Of a stretch of DNA of 64,000 bases, positions 21,155 to 32,122 are shown in pieces; positions within the stretch are counted from its first letter, which is position 1, and every line of letters begins with the position of its first letter. Origin of the DNA: Methanotrichaceae archaeon (GTDB taxonomy: Archaea; Halobacteriota; Methanosarcinia; Methanotrichales; Methanotrichaceae); assembly GCA_963803145.1 (NCBI GenBank), contig CAWDLW010000011.1, forward strand, positions 20,861 through 84,860, read 5' to 3'. A program made the translations under genes and the position numbers. The notes beneath the pieces are model-generated. The model was not told the DNA's origin and did no database searches. It saw nothing but the letters and a program-made list of their open reading frames with translations.

Positions 21155-21595
21155 ATGAGCTTTGAGGATGACCTAGATCGCATTCTAGAGAAAGGGGTTG
21201 AAAAATCAGCAGATGACATGATCAATGCCGTGGAGAGCGCCTACGGAGAGGTCCCTTATGTTTTCCACTTCATGAAGGATCACCCTGAGCTTCTGATAAC
21301 CAAAATCCTTCACAATAATGCCATCCTTAGGAGCTCAACCCTTGATGCGAAGACGGTGGAGCTGATATCTGTAGCAGTAAGTGCAGCTTTGCGATGCACT
21401 CACTGCCTGAGGCTTCATATCCATGTTGCTTCAAACCTGGGGATTCCTGATGACCAGATCGCTGCAGTGATATTCCTAGCAGGGAATCTTGTGAACGCAA
21501 GTGTCCTCGCGACTGCCACACGTCACTTAGATGAGGAACGTGAGATCTGCAGGGACTGTGAGATGGGGACTTGCGGGGTTCATTTGGATAAGTAG
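21155..21595 (+). CDS. Carboxymuconolactone decarboxylase/AhpD family protein
   Basis: LDAKTVELISVAVSAALRCTHCLRLH. Confidence 0.85.
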   Translation: MSFEDDLDRILEKGVEKSADDMINAVESAYGEVPYVFHFMKDHPELLITKILHNNAILRSSTLDAKTVELISVAVSAALRCTHCLRLHIHVASNLGIPDDQIAAVIFLAGNLVNASVLATATRHLDEEREICRDCEMGTCGVHLDK

Positions 21596-21634
21596 AATTT
21601 ACTAGGTAATTACTATTTTTATAGTTCTGCTATC

Positions 21635-21928
21635 ATGGGCTCAGATAACCAAAATTTTCCTAATGCCAAATGGTGGGAGTCAGCTGAAGACCATAGATTC
21701 GCACTTGAGGTTTTGCAGCTCAGGATGAGACGCCAAATACTGAAGTTCATTGGTTCAAGCATTAGGACAAAAGAGGAGATAGCAAAAGAATTTGGCCTAA
21801 GTGCTGAGCAGGCCGAGTATCATTTGGCTTTGTTGGAAAAGGCATTAGCGATCGAGCATATTGAATGCTGTTACAGGGCCACGCCTACTGGCATTCTTTA
21901 TCTGGAAAATGTAGAATCAAAGCGTTAA
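21635..21928 (+). CDS. Winged-helix (ArsR-like) protein
   Basis: RRQILKFI...AEYHLALLEKA. Confidence 0.75.
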   Translation: MGSDNQNFPNAKWWESAEDHRFALEVLQLRMRRQILKFIGSSIRTKEEIAKEFGLSAEQAEYHLALLEKALAIEHIECCYRATPTGILYLENVESKR

Positions 21929-22045
21929 TCTAGTGTATCCCCGTCTCTTTATTACTATTCCTATTATCGTTCATGGCCAAAAGAAATTTATATTTGGCAG
22001 TAGTAAAAATTGATTAAATTCAAATTTCTAGGCAAGTGAGGGATC

Positions 22046-22486
22046 ATGGGATTCATAAGCGAATTCAAAGAGTTCGCCATGAAGGGCAATGTCCTGGATA
22101 TGGCTATTGGCATCATCATTGGAATAGCCTTTGGAAGCATCATCAGCTCTCTGGTGAAAGATATTATTATGCCTCCGTTAGGATTGATTTTAGGCAATGT
22201 TGACTTCACTGATTTGTTCATCTCCCTAAATGGGCAAAGCTACCCATCATTGGCAGCGGCACAGGCGGCAGGCGCACCAACAATAAACTACGGAGTCTTC
22301 ATCAATACGATCATCAACTTTCTGATAATTGCCCTTGCCATATTCCTGGTCATAAGACAGATCAACGCCATGAAGAAAAAGCCTGAGGAAAAGGCTCCAG
22401 ATACAAAAAAATGTCCATATTGCAAGGAAAGCATATCCAAGGATGCAGTTCGCTGCCCTCACTGCACATCTGATTTGAAGGCGTGA
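22046..22486 (+). CDS. mscL: Large-conductance mechanosensitive channel with C-terminal zinc ribbon
   Basis: [33 protein letters not shown] and tail CPYC-x10-CPHC. Confidence 0.93.
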   Translation: MGFISEFKEFAMKGNVLDMAIGIIIGIAFGSIISSLVKDIIMPPLGLILGNVDFTDLFISLNGQSYPSLAAAQAAGAPTINYGVFINTIINFLIIALAIFLVIRQINAMKKKPEEKAPDTKKCPYCKESISKDAVRCPHCTSDLKA

Positions 22487-22786
22487 ATCTTAAATTCTAT
22501 ATTTCTAGCATCTATATTTTCAATATTACTCTTTGAGATTTATTCTTAGTTCTAGCTTTTATAATAACCCTCTTTTCATGGGTTCGCCATAATATAAAAT
22601 CAAATTCGTTTCTTGATAAAAGCAAGCAGATAAATTATATATCTGTATCTTTTTCGGCATGAGTCGATTGTTCTTTTGTTAATTTATCGCCAAATCTTCT
22701 TATAGTTTTAAACATATAAAAAGATATTTAGTTGTTTATACAACCAAAAGCTCTAAGTGTGATCATGTTTTACCCATCTGTTGTAC

Positions 22787-25477
22787 ATGGCGACAGAGAT
22801 TATTGCAGATACCTCTCTTCACAGCGGCAAAAATAGCCTTAAAGATGGAGAGATCTTGGACCTACTTGATGAGATCATCCGAGAATGGTGGATGAGATCT
22901 TTTTCGAGGTACGATGAGCTTTTCACCCCGCCTCAGCGCTTAGCAGTTCCTCTCATCCATGAGGGGAAAAATGTTCTCATCTGCTCACCCACAGGCTCAG
23001 GAAAAACCCTTTCAGCTTTCATCTCCATATTAAACCAGCTCTTTCTGCTTGCGAAGGACGAGGAGCTGGAGAATAGCGTTTACTGTCTTTATATATCTCC
23101 ACTCAAATCCCTGGCCAACGACATTCATAAGAATCTGGAGCGTCCCCTTGCCGAGATTCGGGCATTGGCACGCGAGAAAGGAATCGAACCTCAGGAGATA
23201 AGGCACGCCATCAGGCATGGCGATATCTCCGCTCAGGATAAAGGCAAAATGTTGAGAAAGACGCCGCATATCCTGAACACGACACCTGAGAGCCTAGGAA
23301 TCCTCCTAAGTGCTCCCCAGTTCAGAAAGAAGCTGAAGACCGTTCGCTGGGTCATAGTTGACGAGATTCATTCTCTGGCAGGCTCAAAAAGGGGTGTTCA
23401 TCTATCTGTAAGCCTTGAGCGGCTAGAGGAACTTAAATCTGAGCTTGTTCCAGAGATGGATCCTGGTGCAGGGAGCTTCGTTCGCATAGGCTGCTCTGCA
23501 ACGATAGAACCGCTTGACGAAATAGCAGCATTCCTGGCTGGGAGCGGTAGGCCGGTTGAGATCGTCGATACCCGTTTCTCCCGGCAGTTCGATCTAAAGC
23601 TGCTCTGCCCTGTTCCAGATCTTATTTTCACGACTGCACGAGAGCTGAGCGATGGGCTCTACAGGATAGTTCATGAGCATATCCAGGAGCATAAGAATAC
23701 TCTTATTTTTACTAACACCAGAAATGGCGCAGAGCGCGTTCTTTACAATTTGCGCTCCCGATACCCTGGATTCTACAACGAGCAAAACACAGGCTGTCAT
23801 CACGGCTCAATGGGAAAGGAGGGCAGGCTTGAGACCGAGGACAGACTGAAGGCAGGCTCTCTTAAGGTCGTTTGCTCCTCAACATCCCTGGAGCTTGGCA
23901 TAGATATGCCTCATATCGATCTTGTGCTGCAGATCGGCTCGCCTAAATCTGTGGCAGCTCTACTTCAGCGAATAGGAAGGGCCGGTCACAGCTTGGATCA
24001 GGTTGTCAAGGGCAGGATAATTGTGCTAGACAGAGATGAGCTAATCGAGTGCGCTGTGATGCTCGAGAAGGGAAGATCGGGCTTCGTAGATAAAATCCAT
24101 ATTCCAACAAACTGTCTCGACGCGCTCTGCCAGCATCTTCTGGGCATGGTGCTGGAGAAGCCCTGGGATCTGGATGATGTCAGGCGGGTTGTAAGAAGAT
24201 CCTATTGCTACCGCTACCTGAAGGAGGAGGATTTCAAAAGCGTTATCGATTACCTCTCAGGCAAGCACACAGGCCTTGCTGAGCGGCATATCTACGCCAA
24301 GATCTGGCATGATGACGCCTCAAATAAAATAGGCAAACGGGGCCGTAATGCCCGGATGATCTATTACACCAATACAGGAATGATCCCGGACCAGTTCTCC
24401 TGTGATGTCTTGACACGCGAGGGCCAATGGGTTGGAAGCCTTGACGAGAAGTATATGGAGAAGCTGGATAAGGGAGATGTGTTTGTAATCGGCGGAAGAT
24501 CCTACCGCTTCTGCTATCGACGGGGAGGAAATGTTTACGTTGATTTAACTGCAGATCGGCCCAACATTCCTTCTTGGGTTTCAGAGAAGCTTCCGCTTTC
24601 ATTCGATCTTGGGAATAACGTCCTCCGCTTCAAGAACGATATGGTCTGGATGATGAGAGCAAATGACAGCAATCACGTGATCCGCTGGCTTCTTGGGCAG
24701 TATCCTATAGATGATAACAGCGCCCGGTCGATCTATGAGATCTTTCTTCACCAGATTGGCTATCTGGGAGAGGACTCCGTCTCCACTGATTGGCGATTGG
24801 TAATCGAGGAAGGTCGAGATCCCGAGAACGATCGAAGGGTATTTTATTTCATGACCAATTACGGGGTGCGGTTCAATGACGGCTTCTCACGAATGGTTGC
24901 CTATTTGATCTCCAGGGAGAAGACGAGCAACGTCTATGTCTCAATCGTTGATTCGGGCTTTATGGTCTCTGTTCCGAAGACCAAAAAGGTGGACATCCGG
25001 GAGATACTGACGTCCATAGATGATGATAACTGTGAGGCTCTGCTGCATATGGCAATAGAGAACACGCATCTTCTGAAAAGCCTATTCAGAGTCAACGCAT
25101 GCAGATGCTTCATGATTCTGCGAAACTACATGGGAAGGAGGAAGAGCGCCCGGAGGCAGCAGGTCAGTGCTGATATGCTTATTTACTTCGCTCGCAAGCT
25201 CGATAGGTTTGCAGTCCTAGAGGAGAGCTACCGGGAAATAATAGAGGATAGGTTCGAAGTTGAGAATATCAAGGAGATCCTTCGCGGCATACAGTCGGGC
25301 GATATTCAGGTTGTGCTGAAAAAGGCTGATTCGCCAAGCCCAATGGCCTTCGGAATAGCGACAGTTGGCGCGAGCGATGTCATCCTCGCAGAGGACAGGC
25401 TCTCACTTCTAAAGGAGTTCCATAAACGGGTCATGGAGAAGATCGGCAATGGTGATGCAATAGAGGGCATGAGCTAG
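22787..25477 (+). CDS. lhr: Lhr-family ATP-dependent helicase
   Basis: SPTGSGKT, DEIH, CSAT, HHGS, SSTSLELGID, QRIGRAGH. Confidence 0.9.
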   Translation: MATEIIADTSLHSGKNSLKDGEILDLLDEIIREWWMRSFSRYDELFTPPQRLAVPLIHEGKNVLICSPTGSGKTLSAFISILNQLFLLAKDEELENSVYCLYISPLKSLANDIHKNLERPLAEIRALAREKGIEPQEIRHAIRHGDISAQDKGKMLRKTPHILNTTPESLGILLSAPQFRKKLKTVRWVIVDEIHSLAGSKRGVHLSVSLERLEELKSELVPEMDPGAGSFVRIGCSATIEPLDEIAAFLAGSGRPVEIVDTRFSRQFDLKLLCPVPDLIFTTARELSDGLYRIVHEHIQEHKNTLIFTNTRNGAERVLYNLRSRYPGFYNEQNTGCHHGSMGKEGRLETEDRLKAGSLKVVCSSTSLELGIDMPHIDLVLQIGSPKSVAALLQRIGRAGHSLDQVVKGRIIVLDRDELIECAVMLEKGRSGFVDKIHIPTNCLDALCQHLLGMVLEKPWDLDDVRRVVRRSYCYRYLKEEDFKSVIDYLSGKHTGLAERHIYAKIWHDDASNKIGKRGRNARMIYYTNTGMIPDQFSCDVLTREGQWVGSLDEKYMEKLDKGDVFVIGGRSYRFCYRRGGNVYVDLTADRPNIPSWVSEKLPLSFDLGNNVLRFKNDMVWMMRANDSNHVIRWLLGQYPIDDNSARSIYEIFLHQIGYLGEDSVSTDWRLVIEEGRDPENDRRVFYFMTNYGVRFNDGFSRMVAYLISREKTSNVYVSIVDSGFMVSVPKTKKVDIREILTSIDDDNCEALLHMAIENTHLLKSLFRVNACRCFMILRNYMGRRKSARRQQVSADMLIYFARKLDRFAVLEESYREIIEDRFEVENIKEILRGIQSGDIQVVLKKADSPSPMAFGIATVGASDVILAEDRLSLLKEFHKRVMEKIGNGDAIEGMS

Positions 25478-25490
25478 AGGGCTTGAGCTA

Positions 25491-26192
25491 ATGGATTTTG
25501 AGAAGCGCTTCGGCTTCCTAAACGGCTGCCTTTTTATTCGTGAGGCAGGGATCTGTGTTGCTTCCGACCTTCATATCGGCCTTGAGGATGAGCTTCGTCG
25601 CCAAGGACTCGCATTTCCTTTGAAGGAGAAGCAAATGCTTTTGGGCCGGCTTGAGGAGGCACTGATTGCGTTCAAGCCCTCCGTGTTCGTTCTGGCAGGA
25701 GATATCTTCCATTCTTTTGATAGATTGGATAACCATGTGAAGGATAAGTTCGATTCGATAATGAGCATGCTTGAAGGGCAATGCAAGGTTATACTGCTGC
25801 GAGGATCTCACGACACGATGCTCTCCTCATTGAGCCTGGAATCCTTAGAGCGGTATGATGCGGACGGCTTCACATTCATTCATGGGCATGATATTATTAG
25901 TAATCATAGTAATATCGTCCTTGGCCATGAGCATCCTGTGATCCAGATCGAAATGGAGCGTCTGCCCTGCTTCCTTTTCGGAGAGAAGGTGATCAATGGC
26001 AAAGATCTCTTTGTTCTGCCTGCCTTCAATCCTCTCTGCCAGGGTGTGATGATAAACCATGTGGAAGGCAGGGATATGCTTTCGCCTCTGCTCAAAAAAG
26101 TGAATGTTGAGGAGCTTTGTCCAATTGTCGAGGTGCAGGGGGAGGTGCTGGCATTTCCGAAGCTGCGAGGGCTGAGAAGACATATTGGATAA
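25491..26192 (+). CDS. Lhr-associated metallophosphoesterase
   Basis: SDLHIG, AGDIFH, RGSHD, HGH, GHEHP, LPAFNP; adjacent to lhr. Confidence 0.88.
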   Translation: MDFEKRFGFLNGCLFIREAGICVASDLHIGLEDELRRQGLAFPLKEKQMLLGRLEEALIAFKPSVFVLAGDIFHSFDRLDNHVKDKFDSIMSMLEGQCKVILLRGSHDTMLSSLSLESLERYDADGFTFIHGHDIISNHSNIVLGHEHPVIQIEMERLPCFLFGEKVINGKDLFVLPAFNPLCQGVMINHVEGRDMLSPLLKKVNVEELCPIVEVQGEVLAFPKLRGLRRHIG

Positions 26193-26285
26193 TAATTTGT
26201 TAGAGCATTTACAAATCTTTTTATGCTATAATACGTAACAAACAAAAATAGCTCTGTTAAGAGACTGAGTTAGGAACGATATGTA

Positions 26286-27353
26286 ATGGTTGCTGATGCG
26301 CAATCTGCCGATGAATCAAATCAGGAAGAAATTGAGCGAGGCAAGCAATTAATTAAAGAGTTGGCGAAAATACTTAGAATGCTTCCTGATCAAGATATAG
26401 GTAAATTACTGGGTATAGGGGAGATAGAAGATCTTTTGGTGGCAATCCTAGATCCATCAACCGTGGAGAATTATCCTACCTATGCAGAATTCTTTTTCAA
26501 AAATAAGAGAAGATCTGTTATTTTCGCCCATATGTCGTATATTATTAATCAGAGGTTTTGCTTTAGGGGCAAAAAAGACGGAAATGTGCGTTATATTTCA
26601 CCAGATATCCACCAATGGTTCGATGACGGAATTATGCTTTTAATAGGCAAAGAGCCTTTTACTAGATTTATTACTCTATATCGCAATAAGGAACTGCGTG
26701 TCGCTATTGCAAGCCGCGATATCGAAAAAGGCGAGGATATTAGGCCTGAAGATCTTAAATTTATAAAAATCAACGAATTAAAAGAGTATGTTAAGACTAT
26801 ACCCCCTAAGCAAATTAACGATTTAGAGAGGCCAATCAGGGAGTTAATGAAGCTGATCGATAGAAATGAGAGTGATGAATCAAGATATCAAAGATTACTC
26901 GAAGAATATCCTTGGGTATTTGGCGCTGAATACTCAGCAATACAGAGACATGAGTACCTCGATGATGAAAACATACCTGATTTTACCGGAATTAAGGTAA
27001 GCGATAGTTCTAGAGATATCTTTGAACTCAAGCCTCCAACGATGAAAATCTTTACCAAGAGCGGAGATTTTGCGTTAGATTTCTATAATGCGTGGAACCA
27101 GGCGGAAAGGTATTTGGATTTTACTCATCGAAATGATGATTATCTTCGAAAAGAAAAAGGAAGAATCTTTGATAATCCCAAATGCTATTTGATTCTCGGT
27201 TGGAATCTTTCTAAAGTAGAGCTCGAAAAGATACGTATTAAAGAAAGAGGGAATCCCTCAATACGCCTGCTTACCTATAACGATCTTATTGCCTTTATGG
27301 AATCAACAGTAACTCTCATAAAAGGATTAATCAGCAATACTCAAACCCCATAA
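26286..27353 (+). CDS. Shedu (SduA)-like DUF4263 nuclease
   Basis: ESRYQRLLEEYPWVFG, IPDF, FELKPP, AWNQAERY, LILG, LLTYNDL; AT-rich compared with its neighbours. Confidence 0.75.
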   Translation: MVADAQSADESNQEEIERGKQLIKELAKILRMLPDQDIGKLLGIGEIEDLLVAILDPSTVENYPTYAEFFFKNKRRSVIFAHMSYIINQRFCFRGKKDGNVRYISPDIHQWFDDGIMLLIGKEPFTRFITLYRNKELRVAIASRDIEKGEDIRPEDLKFIKINELKEYVKTIPPKQINDLERPIRELMKLIDRNESDESRYQRLLEEYPWVFGAEYSAIQRHEYLDDENIPDFTGIKVSDSSRDIFELKPPTMKIFTKSGDFALDFYNAWNQAERYLDFTHRNDDYLRKEKGRIFDNPKCYLILGWNLSKVELEKIRIKERGNPSIRLLTYNDLIAFMESTVTLIKGLISNTQTP

Positions 27354-27431
27354 AGCTAAGCGTAGCATAACGATAGTATAGCTTCGTTATTAGAGTATCG
27401 TGTCAGCTCCAGGGATGACTTGACCAAAAAC

Positions 27432-28403
27432 CTATGGACTCACACTACTACTCTCAGCGCCTTTATCCTCTATCGATTTCACCAGTGCATAAAGCGTTTC
27501 ATTCGCTGGGACGCTTATCGCATGCTTCTTTGCAAGCCTGATCACGTAGCCGTTTATGGAGTCTATCTCGGTCCTCCTTCCTTTGAGCACATCCTGAAGC
27601 ATGCTCGATGTGTTCGTCGAAGTCTTTGAGGCAACAGAGTAAACAAACTTCCGAATCTTGCTTCTATCGAAATTTAGTCCTTCCTTTTCGGAAACGGCAA
27701 CACATTCGTCTATAATCCTTTCCACAGTTCCTTCAAGGTGCTTTGAGAGCATAATGCCATTCTTTTCCCTTGTTATTGCAGTTATGGGATTTATTACAGC
27801 ATTTGCGAAGAGCTTGTTCCATTGCTGGCTTCTGAAATCTTGGGCGAACTCAATTTCAAAGCCCTTCTCCTCAAATCGTGCCTTCATAAACTGCTTTATT
27901 TCTTCAGGGATCCTGTCCTCAAAAATAGTCAATCCTTTGCCCTTAAGCTCTATCAGACCGTCCTCCGAAAACACGACGCCGTTTGAAGTTACGCCCTCGA
28001 AGATCCTAACTGGAAGATTGAAGGTTTCTGCATTGCCCATGCCGTTCATTAGCAGGATGAAGATGGAGTCTTTCAGCTTACTGCCAAGCATTCCAGATTC
28101 AATTACTTCCTGGCGAACTTTGGGAAGCGAATGGGTCTTAACGCATACAACGACTACATCAGGGGAGAAGTCTGATTTCTCAAGTTCGTCGAGGCTGGAG
28201 AAGCAATGCTTAAATCTGAATGCTCTTCGCTCCTCAAAGAAGTTTATTTTAAGGCCCATCTCTTTTATCTTTTGGGTATGGCCTTTTCTTCCAAAGAGGC
28301 CTACATTCTCGATGGCTTTATCTTCAAGCTCATCGATCTCTGAGAGCAAATATCCAACAAGGGAGCCTATTGCGCCGGAGCCGTAAACCAGAACATTTGC
28401 CAT
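27432..28403 (-). CDS. panE: 2-dehydropantoate 2-reductase
   Basis: VYGSGAIGS, CVKT, WNKLFANAVINP, SSMLQD, TEIDSING. Confidence 0.9.
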   Translation of the reverse strand: MANVLVYGSGAIGSLVGYLLSEIDELEDKAIENVGLFGRKGHTQKIKEMGLKINFFEERRAFRFKHCFSSLDELEKSDFSPDVVVVCVKTHSLPKVRQEVIESGMLGSKLKDSIFILLMNGMGNAETFNLPVRIFEGVTSNGVVFSEDGLIELKGKGLTIFEDRIPEEIKQFMKARFEEKGFEIEFAQDFRSQQWNKLFANAVINPITAITREKNGIMLSKHLEGTVERIIDECVAVSEKEGLNFDRSKIRKFVYSVASKTSTNTSSMLQDVLKGRRTEIDSINGYVIRLAKKHAISVPANETLYALVKSIEDKGAESSSVSP

Positions 28404-28618
28404 GTAATCTCTTTTCACTAGTCATTTACTTTTCTTTATATAAATCTCATTAATGGCTCTGATGACACATTATATCGATAATAATAGTACTATTAAGTTT
28501 CTCCCCTTAAGCTCAATCAATTTGCGATAGATAGATAAATGATCCGTTACATTCCAAGGAGCAAAGGCGGCAAATTAGGCTGCAATTAGACCGCAGCAGC
28601 GGCATATTTCTGGAGAGT

Positions 28619-30751
28619 GTGGTTATGGCAAAGGTCAGGATGGCTATGTTCCTTGTAGCTATTGGATTATCGTTTTCTTTTCCCGGCTCAGGATTGAACT
28701 CTTCATCATCAGATGGTAGCGACCAGGGATATAGCTTGTATATGTCAGAGGCTCCAAAGGATGTTAGCCAGCTAACGGATGAAGAACAGCTATCTGCGCA
28801 GAATTTAGGAAACGGCTTACTAATTGTCGATTCAAATGGAAATGGCAGCAAGACATCACTGGATGTTCCACCTGGGGCGTTTGTCAGGCTAAGGCTGCAG
28901 CCAGCAGCCAGTGGCGATCTGAAGCTCTACTGCCGCTTCCCCACAGGATCGACGGATCTGCTGCTTACTGGCAGAGCGGAGAAGGGCCACAGCTATCGGG
29001 CATGGTACCAGACGGAGCTGGAGGGTAATTATGAAGTCTGGTATACGGTTGACGAGTCCAAGAGCAATTCCGTTCTCTTCAACACCAGCAGCGTTTTGCC
29101 TGCTGAGTTTGTAACGGGAATCAGCGCATCCGGAGGTGCCATCTCGTCTGCGCCACCAACAATGGCCAGAAGCGGCGGCATATTGGCGGGATATGCACCC
29201 GCGGCTGCTCCCAGCATTGGCTTTTCCGCCGGTGGTGCCAAGGATATCAACAACTTCAGAGAGAATATAAAGCAGAATTACCTGCCTTTACCTACGGACA
29301 TAACCTATGAGGGGCTCTTTTATGATTACTACTTCGATACAGGCCAAGCAAAGGAATGCAACAAGCTCTTCTGCCCTTCGTATAGCTATGCTATCTCTCG
29401 TGATCCGTTCTCCAATGAGCCGCAGTATTATCTCTCTGTCGGCCTCAACTCAGGTATAACCGACTTCAAGCGGAAGAAGTTGAACCTAGTTGTGGTATTG
29501 GATTACTCAGGCTCGATGGGCAGCCCATTCGATAGCTACTACTACGATCGATTCGGAAACCAGGGTCAGCTAATTAGTGAGGACTCCGGAAAGACAAAGA
29601 TGGAGATCGCAGATAAGGCGGTTGTATCAATGCTGGATCATCTGAATGCAGATGATCGATTTGGCATGGTCATCTTCAGCGATGATGCTTTTGTAGTGGA
29701 TCCGCTGACACCTGTTGGGGATAAAAATCTAGGGATGCTGAAGATGCAGATCCTCAAGATCAAGGAGGATGGCTCGACAAATATGGAGGCTGGAATGAAG
29801 CGGGCCAACAAGCTCATTGCCAGATATCTGGATGCAGATCCTTCCGAGTACGAGAACAGGATAATTTTCCTGACGGATGCAATGCCTAATATCGGAGATA
29901 CTGGCGAGGGAGATTTATCTCAAATTCTGGAGGATAATGCGGCCCATAGGATCTATACCACATTCATAGGCATAGGCGTGGACTTCAACACAGAGCTTGT
30001 AAATCAGATAACCAAGATACGTGGAGCGAACTATTACTCAGTCCACTCGGCCATTGAGTTCAAACAGCGTATGGACGATGAGTTTGACTTCATGGTCACA
30101 CCTCTCGTCTTTGATCTGCAGTTGAACTTAAATGCTCCAGGCTACAGTATCGAGAAGGTCTACGGTTCCCCTGAGGCAGATGAGGCCACAGGTGAGCTGA
30201 TGAAGGTCAACACGCTATTCCCATCCAAGACGGAAGAGGGCGCGGTCAAGGGTGGTGTAGTACTAGTGAAGCTCAAAAAGCTTTCACAGGAAAGCAATCC
30301 CTCACAAGATAGCAGTATGAGATTAAAGGTGAGCTACACCGATCGCAATGGAGTGCCGGATAGCGATGAGGCGGTTGTAGATCTGCAGAGTAAAGATCCA
30401 GATTATTACCAGAATAGCGGGATTCGCAAGGCTATACTGCTCTCAAGGTATGCAGATCTTCTCAAAGACTGGACCCTGGATGAGCGGAAGGCTTTGGATA
30501 CGGGCGTGCGGGTTGTGCCAGCTGTGAACTCCGAGCGCGGGATCGTTGTGCCTGTGATATTGGGCGAGTGGGAACGCCAGTCTCAGCCTCTACAGGTATC
30601 TGAGCCTTATCGCAAGCTCTTCTCAGTATTCGGTTCGTACTTCACGGAGGAGAAAGCAGCAATAGGTGACGATACACTGCAGCAGGAGCAGGATATTCTC
30701 GATAAGCTCAAGACATATGAGGGCTCAGGCCAGATTCAAAATAGTGCATAA
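28619..30751 (+). CDS. Secreted VWA-domain protein
   Basis: Signal peptide, MIDAS DYSGSM, GSTN and LTDA. Confidence 0.85.
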   Translation: MVMAKVRMAMFLVAIGLSFSFPGSGLNSSSSDGSDQGYSLYMSEAPKDVSQLTDEEQLSAQNLGNGLLIVDSNGNGSKTSLDVPPGAFVRLRLQPAASGDLKLYCRFPTGSTDLLLTGRAEKGHSYRAWYQTELEGNYEVWYTVDESKSNSVLFNTSSVLPAEFVTGISASGGAISSAPPTMARSGGILAGYAPAAAPSIGFSAGGAKDINNFRENIKQNYLPLPTDITYEGLFYDYYFDTGQAKECNKLFCPSYSYAISRDPFSNEPQYYLSVGLNSGITDFKRKKLNLVVVLDYSGSMGSPFDSYYYDRFGNQGQLISEDSGKTKMEIADKAVVSMLDHLNADDRFGMVIFSDDAFVVDPLTPVGDKNLGMLKMQILKIKEDGSTNMEAGMKRANKLIARYLDADPSEYENRIIFLTDAMPNIGDTGEGDLSQILEDNAAHRIYTTFIGIGVDFNTELVNQITKIRGANYYSVHSAIEFKQRMDDEFDFMVTPLVFDLQLNLNAPGYSIEKVYGSPEADEATGELMKVNTLFPSKTEEGAVKGGVVLVKLKKLSQESNPSQDSSMRLKVSYTDRNGVPDSDEAVVDLQSKDPDYYQNSGIRKAILLSRYADLLKDWTLDERKALDTGVRVVPAVNSERGIVVPVILGEWERQSQPLQVSEPYRKLFSVFGSYFTEEKAAIGDDTLQQEQDILDKLKTYEGSGQIQNSA

Positions 30752-30841
30752 ATCTCTGCTGGCATAGGGGGTGGCTTTAACAATACAATGCCATCTCCAT
30801 ATATTTTATGGATATAACCAAAGAAGGCTGGTGTTATTTGG

Positions 30842-31438
30842 ATGGATTACTTCGATGCCGTTCTGGATAAAGTCCAAGCTCTTATAAACAATGATAACCA
30901 GTCCGTTGCACATAGGATGGATCATGTTCAAAGGGTCCTCTTAAATGCCTGCGACATAGCTGGCCATTATCCTGAGGCTGATCTTGAAGTCCTCAAGCTC
31001 TCAGTGTTGCTGCATGACGTCTGCCAGCCCTTCGACCGCAAGGAAGAACATGTGAAGCTGAGCGTGGATATGGCAAGAGAGATTCTTCGGGAGGTCGGAT
31101 ATCCTATTGAGAGAGCAGAGAAGGTTTTACGCATAATATCTGAGCACTCGACTGAATGCTTAAGTGTAAGCAGGCCGACGTCTATCGAGGCCAGGATACT
31201 CTTTGATGCCGACAAGCTTGATGGCCTAGGTGCAAGTGGAATTGCCAGAGTCTTCGCCCTCTTCGGCCAGCGCGGAATGACTCCACTTGAGGCAGTGCCC
31301 TGGTATCTTCATAAGATGATGGTGGCAGGAGAGAACATCCAGACAGAGCAGGGAAGGTGTATGGCGATGGAGCGGTCGAAATACGTTCTGGACTTCATAG
31401 AAAGAATAAAAGCCGAAAATAAGCTTGGGGATCAATGA
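30842..31438 (+). CDS. HD-domain protein
   Basis: AHRMDHVQRV, LLHDV, DADKLD. Confidence 0.9.
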   Translation: MDYFDAVLDKVQALINNDNQSVAHRMDHVQRVLLNACDIAGHYPEADLEVLKLSVLLHDVCQPFDRKEEHVKLSVDMAREILREVGYPIERAEKVLRIISEHSTECLSVSRPTSIEARILFDADKLDGLGASGIARVFALFGQRGMTPLEAVPWYLHKMMVAGENIQTEQGRCMAMERSKYVLDFIERIKAENKLGDQ

Positions 31439-31968
31439 TGCAGCAAGTTCAACAAAGATCTCTTTCCGAATTCATAAAAGCCCTCCAGATCCAGGCGGAT
31501 TTTAAGTGCCTGCAGTGCGGAAGATGCTGTTGTTTGTCTGATCCGATATCGATAACTGCCAGAGATGCAGAGAGGATATCTCAGTACCTGGATATTACGA
31601 TGGAACAGTTTCTGGAGAAGTTTGCGAAGAGGACAAATGCATCAGATAGCGGCCTTTCCTTATCGTCGCAGCCTTGCATATTTTTCAAGGAAGGCACGGG
31701 ATGTATAGTTTATCAGGCCAGGCCAATGATCTGCAGGATGTATCCGCCGATAGCGCTGTTCGTCCATGGACGGCTTAAGGACAGCAAATGCCCCGGAATG
31801 GAAGCATCCAATAGACTCTGCAAAGAGTATCCATTAGAAGACGACGATTGCTCTTACACATCTCTTCTTGGGATAGTCGAGGCCGTCCAGGCGCAGGGTA
31901 TACCTGTTAATATCGAGAGAAATGAAGATGGATCGATTGAGCTGAAGCTTGTCCGATACTTTATGTAA
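31435..31968 (+). CDS. YkgJ-family cysteine-cluster protein
   Basis: CLQCGRCC, PCIF, CIVYQARPMICRMYP. Confidence 0.88.
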   Translation: MMQQVQQRSLSEFIKALQIQADFKCLQCGRCCCLSDPISITARDAERISQYLDITMEQFLEKFAKRTNASDSGLSLSSQPCIFFKEGTGCIVYQARPMICRMYPPIALFVHGRLKDSKCPGMEASNRLCKEYPLEDDDCSYTSLLGIVEAVQAQGIPVNIERNEDGSIELKLVRYFM

Positions 31969-32122
31969 TCTACAGTTTTATGGCAGGTGCAGGGTGGCCG
32001 GTGAGATATGCTTGGCCCATTTATGGGCGTGAGCCAAAAGGGTAGATTCCAGACCAAACAGGTAAGAGAAGTGCCTGAACAGGTCAACTCTAATTCCTAT
32101 TCACGTCGTCCCTCCCGTAGGG

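Noticed and set aside
27658-28386. Long antisense ORFs (also 51469-52089, 43709-44221, 15582-16115, 12489-13085)
   Set aside because: They shadow well-supported genes on the opposite strand and have no motifs.
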